This document shows positions 44,443-59,261 of a DNA stretch of 64,000 bases, in pieces. The stretch comes from Dictyostelium discoideum (lineage: Eukaryota), in the NCBI GenBank assembly GCA_000004695.1, contig CM000151.3:2336001-2400000 (forward strand), given 5' to 3'. Both the position numbers and the translations under genes were made by a program. The stretch's first letter is position 1. Each line of letters starts with the position of its first letter. Under the pieces are notes generated by a model, which did not search any database, was not told the origin of the DNA, and was given only the letters and a program-made list of their open reading frames with translations.

Positions 44443-45344
44443 ATGAGTGAAGAAAAAGATATGGAAGTTGAGGCTTTATCAGCCATTTATATGGATCATT
44501 TCAATAGTAAATATCCTTTATATTAATAACCACACTTTTTTTTTTTTTTTCCTTTTTTTTTTTTTAACATCCAATAAATTCTTATTAACCCTTTTTTTTT
44601 TTTTTTCCATAGGTATAGATTCAGATCATGTACAAATTACATTACTACCAAATCCAGGTGGTGATGAACCAAATTTTGGTAAGTTTTTATTGAATTCAAT
44701 AGATTTAAAAATTTTTATAAAAATTAAAATAATTATTAATTATCATATGATAATTATCATATATTTAAATTGAAATAGTTGCAATTATTTTAGATATTAT
44801 ATTTTCAGTTGATTATCCAAATTCAATACCAAAGATTGATTTAATACCTCATTTAGGATTAGAGAAAGAGGATATTTTAGAATTACAAGGTAAAGTTATA
44901 CAAGAAGCAGAGAATAATATTGGTATGTCAATGATATTTATATTGTGTGGTTTAATTAAAGAATGGGTTGATGAGAATAATATTGATCCAGATTTAGAAG
45001 AGAGTGAACAATCATCCTCCTCAGAGGCTGAAGATGATGAAAGACCATTCGAAGGTACACCAGTCACAGAAGAGGCATTTTTAGCATGGAGAAAGAAATT
45101 TATAGAGGAAACTAAACCATTTAAAAAAGAGAAACAATTAAATAAATTAACAGGTAGACAATTATTCGAACAAGATACATCATTGAATGCTTCAGATTCA
45201 AGATTAATGGAGGAAGGTGAAGAAGCTTCAAATATCACTGTAGCTTCAATTAAACCAAAATTAGAAGAAGTTGCTGCTCAAGTTGATTGGTCATTATTTG
45301 CTGATGAAGAAATTAAAGATGTTGATTATGAAGAAGAAGAATAA
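44443..45344 (+). CDS. rwdd1: RWD domain-containing protein 1 (RWDD1/DFRP2/Gir2-like). Three exons: about 44443-44513, about 44611-44687, about 44807-45344.
   Basis: MSEEKDMEVEALSAIYMDHFN | SIDSDHVQITLLPNPGGDEPNF | VDYPNSIPKIDLIPHLGLEKEDILELQGKVIQEAENNIGMSMIFILCGLIKEWV...ERPFEGTPVTEEAFLAWRKKFIEE...LTGRQLFEQDTSLNASD. Collinear with human RWDD1 (ELEALESIYPDSF...LGMVMIFTLVTAVQEKL...HGTPVTIENFLNWKAKF...LSGKQLFETDHNLDTSD). Donors GTAAAT and GTAAGT. Confidence 0.8.
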
Positions 45345-45532
45345 TAATAATAATAATTATATAAAATAATAATTAAATAAAAAGAAATAAAATAAAAATA
45401 TATAAATAAAATAATTTTTTTTTTTTTTTTTAATCATTTTTTTATTTTTTTTATTTTATTTTTTTTATTGAAAAATATATGTGAATAATTTAAATAATAT
45501 ATATATTAAAAAAAAAAAAAAAAAAAAGAAGT

Positions 45533-46876
45533 TTATTTTGAAACTTTTTTTTCTAATTTCTTTTCTTCTTTTTTTTCTTCTTTTTTAAGTTCTTTTTCTA
45601 ATTTTTTTTCTTCTTTTTTAGCTTCTTTAACAGATTTTCTTTTATCTTTATCAGATAATGGAGTTGAAGGTGCACTAAAGAATGCATTTGATGGTGTGGA
45701 TGATGTTGAAACATAAAAATTATTTGAAGTATTAGTATTGGAGGAAGAGGATGGTGGTAGTGGTGGTTGTTGTTGTTGTTGTTGTTGTTGCTGTATATTT
45801 GTTGAATTGGTAGGTATTGATTTAATTCTAGTAGGTGATGGTGGTGGTATACCATTTCCATTTAAATAAGTTGTTTGAAATAGTTGTAAACTTAATAATA
45901 AAGATTTCTTTAAATTATCACAACTATCTAATAAATTTAAATTATTAATTACTTTCTTTTCAATATCTTCCAATTTCAAATCAAATTGTTTTTTTGGTGC
46001 ATCGACTGCAGAGGATGATGATGATGAAGAAGAGGAGGATGTTGAAGATTTAATACCTAATAAAGTTCTAATTGATTTTAAATCTTGTGTAATTGCAATA
46101 CCAGTTTGACGTGATGTAGTTGAAGAGTCGGAATCAACATCAATATCAATCTCTGTCTTTATGATTTCTAAATTTATAAATTTCAAAAGTTTCAATAATC
46201 TAATATGGTCCTCTAATTCATCTCTTTTCTTCTCTAATGACTCTACACTGGTACCTAATCTATCTTTACAATCATTTTGATTCTTTAAATTATCTTGAAG
46301 ATCTTTCATCTCTTTTTTATAGACCTCTCTCTTTTGTCTTAACAATTCTTTTCTAGCTTCATCGATTTTCTTAACACCACCACTACCAATATTACCTCCT
46401 TCTTCATCGTCACCATCGTCGCCATATCCTTCTTGTTGGTTTTGTTGATCATAATCACCACCATCGTATTGTTGTTGTTGTTGTTCTTGACCACCGTCAT
46501 AATAGTATTGTTGACCATCTTCACCAGTGTAATATAGTTGGCCATCTTCACCTTCGTAGTATTGTTGTTGTTGTTGATCTTGAGCATCATCATAATTGTC
46601 TTGTTGATAATCACCAGTTTGATCTTGATTTAAATATTCGAAATAATTTGCAGGAACTCTACCAACATTACCATTGAGATCACCATTCCACCAACCATCT
46701 TCAAAATCTTGTGTAATACATATAACATCATTCTCTTTGAAACTAATCTCTGTATCGTCAGCTGCATCATAATCATATAACGCTCTTACCCAAATTGGTT
46801 CAAAATTATAATTGTCATAATATTCTTCACCACCAACATCATTATTATTATTTTCATCATATTCTTCGTTATTCAT
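45533..46876 (-). CDS. SH3 domain-containing protein with a central coiled coil, Ser-rich tract and C-terminal KEEKK repeats. Single exon.
   Basis: N-terminal SH3 (ALYDYDAADDTEISFKENDVICITQDFEDGWWNGDLNGNVGRVPANYFEYL), an acidic Q/Y/G-rich region, coiled-coil heptads (KELLRQKREVYKKEMKDLQDNLKNQ...), poly-S, and EEKKLEKELKKEEKKEEKK. Confidence 0.6.
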   Translation of the reverse strand: MNNEEYDENNNNDVGGEEYYDNYNFEPIWVRALYDYDAADDTEISFKENDVICITQDFEDGWWNGDLNGNVGRVPANYFEYLNQDQTGDYQQDNYDDAQDQQQQQYYEGEDGQLYYTGEDGQQYYYDGGQEQQQQQYDGGDYDQQNQQEGYGDDGDDEEGGNIGSGGVKKIDEARKELLRQKREVYKKEMKDLQDNLKNQNDCKDRLGTSVESLEKKRDELEDHIRLLKLLKFINLEIIKTEIDIDVDSDSSTTSRQTGIAITQDLKSIRTLLGIKSSTSSSSSSSSSSAVDAPKKQFDLKLEDIEKKVINNLNLLDSCDNLKKSLLLSLQLFQTTYLNGNGIPPPSPTRIKSIPTNSTNIQQQQQQQQQPPLPPSSSSNTNTSNNFYVSTSSTPSNAFFSAPSTPLSDKDKRKSVKEAKKEEKKLEKELKKEEKKEEKKLEKKVSK

Positions 46877-47048
46877 TTTTATTTTTATTTCTATTATAAT
46901 TACAAATTATTTAATAAACTAATATACTACAATTTTTTTTTTTTTTAATACAGTTTTTTTTTTTTTTTTTATTTTATTATTTTTAAATATATACTATTAC
47001 AAGGAAAAAATATGTAAAAACAAAAAAAAAAAAAAAAAACTGTTAGGG

Positions 47049-47082
<34 letters not shown>

Positions 47083-47143
47083 AAAATATAGACAAATTGA
47101 CTTTATATAAAAAATTAATTAAAAAAAAAATTTTTCAAAAAAT

Positions 47144-47186
<43 letters not shown>

Positions 47187-47417
47187 TTTTTTTTTTTTTT
47201 TGGGTTTGGTTGTTCATTTATTCACATAAAATTTTTGATCAACTGTTTAATTTTTAATTTTTTTTTTATTTTTTAAGATTTTTTTTTTTTTTTTTTTTAA
47301 AACTCTATTTATATTGTTATAAAAATACATTTCTAAAATCGTTTATTTATTTATTTATTTATTTATTATATTTTTTTTATTATAAATTTATTAAATTAAG
47401 ACTATAGTTCCAATTTT

Positions 47418-48220
47418 TCAATGAATACCTGGAATACCAGACCAAACTGATTTTTTATAATCTTTATAAGATTTTCCAAAAAATTGAATTAAATAATCTT
47501 CTTCATTTTCAATTCTTTGAGAAAAGAAACTCCAAGAAGCCCAACCAAAGCCAATAATACTAATTGGATTCATAAGGATGACTTGAGTTGATACTGACCA
47601 AACAAACCAACCAAAATAAGATGGATGTCTCATATATTGATAGATACCATTTGTAACTAAAACATGATCATCTCTCTTTTCTTCTTGAACCAAATGAGTG
47701 AAATTTGAACCTGCTGTATCCATTGCAACCGATCTAACAATTTGACCGAATACCATACAAATGGCACCTACCCACCATAATGAGAATGTTTTCAATGATG
47801 GGAAGAAATACCATTCAATCCAAAACTCAATAAAACTAATTAATAATGCCATATTAAACTGTGGACTATGATTTAATAAAAATGCTATTATAATTATTAT
47901 TAGTATGTTTTTTTATTTTTTTTTATTTTTTTTTATTTTTTTATTTTATTTTTTTATTTTATTTTTTGCATACATTTACTTGATAATTTATCAGGATGAT
48001 ACATTGTAACCCAAATATATTCCCACATATGGAAAGTACATAAACCTGCTAAATAAATACCAAAACCTCTTAAAGTTTGTGAGAAAATGAATAAAGCAAT
48101 ACCAAAACCAATACCTATACCAAGACCACATGAAATTGCACTACTTCTTGCTGCACCTTTTTTTAACCATGCACTCTTTGCTTTTATTTTATTTAATTTT
48201 ACAATTTCACTTTGATCCAT
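47418..48220 (-). CDS. icmA: Protein-S-isoprenylcysteine O-methyltransferase (ICMT/Ste14). Two exons: 48220-about 47977 and about 47884-47418.
   Basis: Exon 1 MDQSEIVKL...TFHMWEYIWVTMYHPDKLS with a GTAAAT donor. Exon 2 ...RHPSYFGWFVWSVSTQVILMNPISIIGFGWASWSFFSQRIENEEDYLIQFFGKSYKDYKKSVWSGIP, the conserved ICMT C-terminal catalytic motif. Confidence 0.85.
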
Positions 48221-48511
48221 TTTTTTTTTTTTTTTTTTTTTTTTATATCTTTATATCTATATATTTATTTATTTGATTTAATTTACTTTTTTTTTATTAA
48301 TGAAACAGATAAAAAAGAAAAAAAAAAAAAAAAAAAAAAAAAGAGTGTTTTTTTTTTTTAAAATTTTTTTTTTTTTTTAAAACTTTTTTTTTGAAACATT
48401 TTCTTAAAATTAAAAATTTCTTATTTTTTTACCTTTTCGATAATATAATAAAAAAAGCACAAAAGGGGAATAATAGTTGGTTTTACAATTTTGATTATTT
48501 TTATTCTCAAA

Positions 48512-48559
<48 letters not shown>

Positions 48560-49362
48560 AGGTGTAATGTTTATAAAAAATATTAGTAAAACTGAATTAA
48601 TTGAAAAAAAAATTAAAAAAAAAAATTAAACAATATTGACATAAAAATAAAATAGAAAATAATAAAAAAAATAAAAAAAATAATAATAGTTTGAATAATA
48701 AATTATTTATTTTAATTTTTTTTTTAATTTTTTTATTTTTTTTGTTTTTTTTTCTCAGAATAAGATATTATTTATTATTTCTTTTTTTTCTTTCCAAAAA
48801 TATCTAAAAAAAAAAAAAATAAATAAAAAAATTCTGTTTCTTAATTTTTTTTTTTTTGATAAACAATTTTTTTTTTTTTGGTTTTTTTTTTTAGACTGTT
48901 CCTCTGACCTAATTAAAAAATTTAAAATTTAATTTTTATTTTGTTCTCATTCGCTCATCGGAAATCAAAATAAAATTTATTTCCGGGTTTATTTTTTTTA
49001 TTTTTTTTTTTTTTTATTGGGTTAAAATTAATGAGTATTAATTCGGCTTCCAATTAAAAAGAATTTTTCTATTAAATATTTTCAAAAAAAATCAAATAAA
49101 ACATAAAAATGATATAATTTCCAAGTTCCTGTTCAATTTTAAAAACATCATCTTTACTTGTATAAAAAAAAAAAAAAAAAGTATATAAATTGGGTAGATT
49201 TAGGGGATATTTTTAAAAAAAATCTTCTCAGATTTCTTTTGTTTGTTTTTTTCTGTTTTTTTTTTGAACTAAAAAATTTAAAAAAAATAAAAAGAGTATA
49301 AATAAAAAAAAAAAAGAATCGAATATTTTTTTTAAGTTAAAAAATAACAAAAAAAAAAAAAA

Positions 49363-50907
<1,545 letters not shown>

Positions 50908-52388
50908 AAAAAAAAAAAAAATAATTGATTAATAATTATTTTTTTTATTTTTTCAATAAACCAAACTTCTGTTTGTCTTTTCTATTTTTAATTTTCATTT
51001 TTATTTTTTAAATTTTGTTAGGTGTTTTTGAATCTTTTGAGAGTGTGGTGTGCATGAAAGTCAATTTTTAAAATATGTCAATATAAAGTTAAAATCTAAA
51101 TTACAATAATTTTGTTTTTTTTTATTATTGTTTATTCTTAAAAATAATTAAACAAAAAAAAAAAATTAAAAATAAAAAAAAAAAATAAAAAATAAAAAAT
51201 AGTTAAGACATCTTTGATAGAAAGTACCCTATATCTAATGTTCAAAAAAAAAATCCAAGTGGTAATATTTGTAAAAATTATTAACAAACTTTCCCTTTTC
51301 CTATTCTTTTTCTTCTTCTTTCTAATTTACAGTTTTTGATGTTTAAATTAATTAATTACTCTTTTTAATTAATATATGGGCCTATTTTTTACTTTTCGTT
51401 AAATAGGAAGAAAAAATATTATTTTTCACACAATAACCTCAATTCAGTTGGTTCTATTTACTATTTTATTAAAAAAACAATATATCATTAAAAAATTATT
51501 TAAAAAATTTCACCAGAACAATAAACGACCTTTTTTTTTTAAATACTCTTTTATATTACTTTAATTAAAAAACAAAGTTAATATATTAATTGGTTTAAAA
51601 TGACCAAAAAAAAAAATGGTAAATACTCTTAAAAGTTTATTTAAAAGATAAAAGATTAAAGACCATCTCAATATTAATTCTAAGCCTTTTTTACCAACAC
51701 AATTATTAAAATAAAAACAAAATTAAAAAAAACTAATAATAATAACAATAAAAATAATTAAAAATAACAAAAATATTACATGTTGAATCTTAGATTTTTT
51801 TTGTTTTTTAGTGTTTTTATTTTTTGTGGGGTTAATTTCATTTTTTTTTTTTTTTTTCGTTTTTCGCCACCCAAAATAGTAAAATTTAAAATAGTGTAAT
51901 TTAAAATTAAAAAAAAATAAAAAAATGTTAATAAAAATTAAAATTTCTTTATTTAAATTTTCTGTTTTAGTGTTGACCTTTTCCCCATTTGGAAAAAGGG
52001 GGTATTTTTTTAATTTCCTTTCCGTTCCTTGTTTTTTTTTAATAACTTGCATATTTTTTCCATTTTTTTTATTTTATTTATCATTGAATTTAATTTTATA
52101 GTATTTGTTAAAACACCACAAAACACCCTCAGAGAATATGTTTTAAATTTTTTTTTCCATAATACAAACATGAAACAGATTTTATTTTCAAGTATCATAG
52201 ATTTTTTAATTTTTATTATGCTCATTGGGAGATCAAAATTATTATTAGAGTTTAATTTGGATCTATTCTTTCTTTGTTGTGGTGGGTCATTATTTTTATA
52301 GGTGTAAATATGTGGGAGATATAAATATTTTTAAAAAAATGATCTCCGAACCTTTTTTTTTATTTTTTTTATTTTTTTTTTTAAAAGA

Positions 52389-52422
<34 letters not shown>

Positions 52423-52468
52423 AACCTTAATTAAATATTCTTTTCAGTTAAAACAAAAAAAAATATAA

Positions 52469-53978
<1,510 letters not shown>

Positions 53979-54434
53979 TAAAAAAAATAAAAAAAAATAA
54001 AAATAAATCAAATCAATATAAAAAATAAATATAAAATAATTTATTAAATAATTATTTTCTTATTTTTTCAATAAATTATACTACCCTTTGTCTTTTTCTA
54101 TTTTTAATTTTAATTTTTTTTATATTATTTTTTTTTTTTTTTTTTTTTGTGGTTAGGTGTTTTTGAATCTATTGAGAATGTGGGTGTGTGGGTGGAAGTT
54201 AATTTTTTATATGTAAAAATATATCTATGTAAAGTTAAAACCCAAATTATAATAATTTTTTTTTTTTTTTTTTTTTTGTTTAATTATTTTTTTTATTATT
54301 TTTTTTTTTTTTCTATCTTTTTTTTGTTTTTTTTTTTTTTTTTTTTTTTTTTCTATTAACTTTTATTTTTTTTTTTTTTTTTTTTTATTTTATATTATTT
54401 TTTTTTATATTATAAAATAGAACCCCATATTAAA

Positions 54435-55289
54435 ATGAAAATTTTAAAAATTATATTATTATTTACAGTAATAAATTATTGTATTTTTAAAAATGTTGTA
54501 AATGGATTAGAATATATTCAAGCAATGTATGATAATAAAGATTGTAAAAATACACCAATTTCAATTCAATCATCATCACAATGTGCAAAAGGAATTTATG
54601 TTGTACCACAATCAAGTAAAAGAGTAACAATTTCATATGGTATTAAATCACCAAGTGATTGTAGTTCAAAAACTCCATCAGCATATGATCAAGATGTAAA
54701 TTATTGTTTAACAGGTTCATTGGCTCAAATGTTTTTAAATGAAAATGCAAATGTTTCAGGAATTAATGGATACTGTTCAGAATTGGTTCAATTTGCCGAT
54801 GATGATTGTGAAAACATTTTATTAAATTCTTATTTAAATGGTGCATGTGTTGGTCCACAATCAAACGGTTATTTCAATCGTTATCTTTGTAATGGAAATG
54901 TTGTAAAACGTTATAATTGCCCATCTGATTGCCGTAAAGCTTCTGGGGTCAGTGGTTGTGTATTTGATAAAGAATTAAAAAGTATTTCATCCTGTCCAAA
55001 TATTAAATCAAAAAATATTCAAGATTTAATTAAAATTGATGGTAAAGTTGATACTTCAAGTACATCTTCTTCTTCTGGTGCTACTGGTGGTGGTGGTACT
55101 GGAAATAATGGTACCTCAGCAACTGGTGGTAGTGGAGCAACTGGAGCCGCTTCTGGAAATGGTGGAGCTACATCAAATGCAGGAAATAGTGGAGGTGCCT
55201 CAACTACTGGCAAAAGCAATGCCCAAAAAATATACGTATCTTTCTTCCTTTTAATTAGTTTATCATTATTAATTTTAATATTATTTTAA
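54435..55289 (+). CDS. Secreted cysteine-rich protein with a Ser/Gly/Thr-rich stalk and a hydrophobic C-terminus (probably GPI-anchored).
   Basis: Signal MKILKIILLFTVINYCIF. 12 Cys over about 170 aa (YDNKDCKN...CAKG...CSSK...YCLTG...YCSEL...DCENI...ACVG...LCNG...YNCPSDCRK...GCVF...SCPN). Then GATGGGGTGNNGTSATGGSGATGAASGNGGATSNAGNSGGASTTG. Then IYVSFFLLISLSLLILILF. Paralog of the gene at 55829-56464. Confidence 0.55.
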   Translation: MKILKIILLFTVINYCIFKNVVNGLEYIQAMYDNKDCKNTPISIQSSSQCAKGIYVVPQSSKRVTISYGIKSPSDCSSKTPSAYDQDVNYCLTGSLAQMFLNENANVSGINGYCSELVQFADDDCENILLNSYLNGACVGPQSNGYFNRYLCNGNVVKRYNCPSDCRKASGVSGCVFDKELKSISSCPNIKSKNIQDLIKIDGKVDTSSTSSSSGATGGGGTGNNGTSATGGSGATGAASGNGGATSNAGNSGGASTTGKSNAQKIYVSFFLLISLSLLILILF

Positions 55290-55383
55290 ATAAAATAAAA
55301 AATAAAAAACTAGTAATATTAAAATTTTAATACTTTTAATTTAAACCTTGAATTATTTATTTTTTTTTTTTTTTATTTATTAC

Positions 55384-55628
55384 ACCCGTCCAACAGTCTA
55401 AAAAAACTGTCGAACTTTTGCATACATTTTTTTAATATGGTGTTTGTGGACTATATTTTTTTTGAAAAATAAAATCTTGAAGAGAAGAGGATTTCATTGG
55501 TATTTTCCAAAATAAAAATGGATTAGAAATAAGCTTTCTTTACCTAAATTTATAATTACCAAAAAAATTAAAAAAGTGTCTGAATTCTTTTTGAAATTAA
55601 TTCATTTTTTTTTTTGTTGGACGGGTGA
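55384..55628. mobile_element. MITE-like non-autonomous element (about 245 bp) bounded by perfect 13-bp GC-rich terminal inverted repeats CACCCGTCCAACA / TGTTGGACGGGTG.
   Basis: ttacacccgtccaacagtc... at 55384 and ...ttttgttggacgggtgatatg at 55616-55628. Interior is AT-rich and non-coding. It lies between two paralogous Cys-rich genes. Flanks ...ttatta | ... | atatgt give no clean target-site duplication. Confidence 0.5.
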
Positions 55629-55828
55629 TATGTATAATTTTTTATTTTTTTAATAAAAATTATTTATTGGTGTGGTTATTTATAATTAGTTTTTTGATTA
55701 TACCCCCTCTCCCCCTAACTATATTATTATTATTTTTTTTTTTTTTTTTTTTATTCTATCAATAGAATAATAATTTTTTTTTTTTTTTGTTAATTTTTTA
55801 TATTAAAAATAGAAATATTAATAATAAA

Positions 55829-56464
55829 ATGAAATTAATAATTTTATTTTTATTATTTATATTATTTAATAATATCAATTGTCTTGAATTGGTAGAAATT
55901 ATATATGATAATAAAAACTGTGAAGGAAAACCAGAAGCAATTAAATTTTATAATAAAGATTTAAGAAATGGAAAAGTTGAAATAATTGGATGTAATAATA
56001 AAACTGGAAATAAAATAATTACTCAAACATTTGATGAAAATTTAGTTTATACTAATGAATTAAATGTTTGTATTCCAGAAGGTGAAATTTCATTTTACTT
56101 TATTTTACATGAAAATAAACATCAATTATCAATACCAAAAAGTAATAACCATGAATATTGTAATGAAATTCAATTATTAGATAATGAAATTATTAATAGA
56201 GAAAAACAATGTAAAGATCATGCTTTAATTATCACTTATAAAAATGAAACATGTTCAATAAACAATGATAAAAGTGGAAATCCTTTCCAAAAAATTCTAT
56301 GTGATCCAAATAATGGTGATGTTAAACTTTTTCTATGTAAAGAAAACTGTCAATCAGATTGGTCCTCCTGTCAATTTGACAAGATTTTACAAACTCCGAA
56401 ATCAATGTGCCCACATTTTGAAGAAAAATCAATAATAGAATTAATAAAAAAAAAAAAAAACTAG
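55829..56464 (+). CDS. Secreted cysteine-rich protein, paralog of the gene at 54435-55289. The likely start is the internal Met at 55829, not the ORF-track Met at 55787.
   Basis: MKLIILFLLFILFNNINC signal, then LELVEIIYDNKNCEGKPEAIKF (compare LEYIQAMYDNKDCKNTPISIQ in the paralog). 12 Cys. Ends IIELIKKKKN. Confidence 0.5.
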   Translation: MKLIILFLLFILFNNINCLELVEIIYDNKNCEGKPEAIKFYNKDLRNGKVEIIGCNNKTGNKIITQTFDENLVYTNELNVCIPEGEISFYFILHENKHQLSIPKSNNHEYCNEIQLLDNEIINREKQCKDHALIITYKNETCSINNDKSGNPFQKILCDPNNGDVKLFLCKENCQSDWSSCQFDKILQTPKSMCPHFEEKSIIELIKKKKN

Positions 56465-56533
56465 TTCAAAACCCCTCTACCTCCCCAAAAAAAAAATAAA
56501 AAAAGAATCAGTAAATTATATTATTTTTAAAAC

Positions 56534-56566
<33 letters not shown>

Positions 56567-56580
56567 GTTTTGATTTTCAT

Positions 56581-58232
56581 TTAAGATATGATGCGTGAAG
56601 ACTTTTTTGAATGATTGTCTTCTCTTGAACTAAAAGTGCCCTCAATAAAACTGCTACTATATTTTGAACTACTTGGAATGTTGGTGTTGTTATGTTTATC
56701 ATTTTGTTGTGATTGTGGATTTTCACTATCAAATAAACCTAATTTTAAAGCACGAGGATTACAACTAACCATATTTGAGAGTACACTAGTACCAGAGGAT
56801 TTTGATGAAATTGTTTGATCAAATAAATAATTTGTAAGTGGAGCTGGTAAATATGGTTTATTAAAGTATGATGATGTTTTATCTTCCAATGTTATTGAAC
56901 CTAAAAATTTGAATAATGAATCTTGTGCACTTCTACCCAAATGTGTTAAATCATGACATTTAAATAAATTTGGAGAATATGTAATTGAAATACCATTATT
57001 ATTTAAAAGATTCAATGCATCTTGTGGTAATCTTGAATTTGTCATTAATTGTTTACATTTTGAATTGTATAATTCAAAGTTTACAATTGAAAAACCAACA
57101 CAATTTTGAATTAAATATAAAGTTTCATCAATCTTTTCAATGACTCTATTGCTATTGTTGTTGTTGTTATTATTTTCATTGATAGTTGGTGTTATTAATA
57201 CTTTGGTGTACTCATTCAATGGTGTTTCAGTACCAATAATACCATAACCAGTGTAAATAATGAGTTTAATTGAATGTTGACTAATATTTGCAACTTGATA
57301 AGTAATTTTATTTAATGTTTCAGTCTCTAATATTGTGAAAACACTTGATACTTTAATTTGATTAATATTTGATTCTTTTCCTCTTGTTTCAAATAATGCT
57401 TGATGACCAATATCTTTAAAAAGTTTTAATTTTTCAGTTGGAATAAGAAATGAAATAATACCAATTGAATTTGGTTTAACAATACCTAATAATTGGCAAG
57501 CGAATAAACCCGAATTAACATTTCTTCTTATTGGATTTGCACTAGTTTTAATGTTAATATTATTATTATTTCTATTACTACTGACACTGCTGATACTAGG
57601 TGGTATTTCAGATGGTGGAGAATTAAAAGCAATATCGTCACCCTCATCACTATCCTCATCTTCATCTTCGTCATCATCTTCATCGTCATCATCAGTTTGT
57701 TCTTTATTTTCATTTTCATTTTCAATTAAATCATTTTGAATTAATTTACATCTAGTTTTAGTTAAAAATAATTTTGAATTATTTTTAAAGTAAATTGATA
57801 CTTGGAGTGGACCACCTGGATAAACCAATATTGCACGATTTGCAGTTGTTTGAAATTTATTAATTTGAATATTAGTTGTGATATTATTATAACATTTCAA
57901 ATTATCAATTTTATAAATCACTTTTTTCTTTTCAGCCAATGTTTTAATTCTAAGTTGTACATTATCACTTGAACCAATATCTATAAATGGTTTCCATTTA
58001 TATTCTGTTACAATTGTAATTGGTAAATCATCTTTTAAATTTGCTTTACAATATAATTGTTTACCACATTTTAAACCTTTAACCAAGTGAATAAAATGAC
58101 CAAATTCTGCACCATGTTTTTGAATATGAATATTATAATTTACAATTATATCTCTTTTAACCTTATTATTATTAATTTCAATTTTTGTAATTCTTTCACA
58201 ATTATTTTTAATATAGAAATCATCATTGTTAA

Positions 58233-58331
<99 letters not shown>

Positions 58332-58859
58332 CATTATCAGATGATAATAAAAAGTATGATAAAATTTTTGAATGTTCTAATTTAATCATACCATTTGGTA
58401 ATGAATTATCACTTTTAAAAGAATGATAAGATTCAACATTTAAAGTAATTGATTTAGTTTCATTACTTGATTCAATTAATTTACCAACAATATGATTACC
58501 TTCAACCATTTGAATTTTAAATTTTTTATTTTTAAAATATTTTAAATCTTCTGGAAATGATGGTTTCTCAGAGTGTAATAATGTTGAACCATTCTCAACA
58601 CTATCTAAAATTTCAACACTTTCTTCATTACTAATTTCATCTGGTATACAAATATATCTATCACTATTTTCATTAATAGTAACTGATCTGTAATAAAAAA
58701 ATAAAAATAAACAAATAAATAAATAAAAAGTAAAAATAAAAAAAAAATAAAAAAATTAATATTTAAATAAATAAAAACTATAACCATTAAATTAAATATA
58801 TTACCTTGAAATTCTGATGTTTTTTTCAGTATGATCAATAGTGATAGTTTTAATTTTAA
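56581..58859 (-). CDS. Hypothetical large protein (about 730 aa) with a poly-N tract (ATT repeat at 58228-58330) and an acidic DE tract. Two exons: 58859-about 58807 and about 58689-56581.
   Basis: MSLFKIKTITIDHTEKNIRIS with a GTAATA donor. Acceptor ttacag then RSVTINENSDRYICIPDE...KIQMVEGNHIVGKLIE... continues into the 642-aa ORF. Codon usage is typical. No family recognised. Confidence 0.6.
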
Positions 58860-59261
58860 ATAATGACATTATGTGATTTAATTAATAAAAAAAAAATAAT
58901 AATAGTGAAACTGAAATTATAAAAACAAAAAAAAATAAGAAAAACAATCAATTGGATATTAAAAAAAAAAAATAAAAAAAAATAAAAAATAAAAAAAAAT
59001 AAAAAATTTAAATTAAAGTAAGGGGTTTTATTTTTGGTTCTTTGAAGGTGAACACCTTTTCCATGAATTAATTTCAAATTAAAAAAAAAAATATCTTTGA
59101 TTATGTGTTAAAGTTAAAAAATATCTATTGTTATGTGTTTTTTGGAAAATTACAATTATAATTATTAAATAATAAAACTTTTTTTTGTTTAGGGTGGGGA
59201 AAATATAACATTTTATTAGAATACTTGGACACAAACAAAATGAATATTAATGTTTGTTTGT

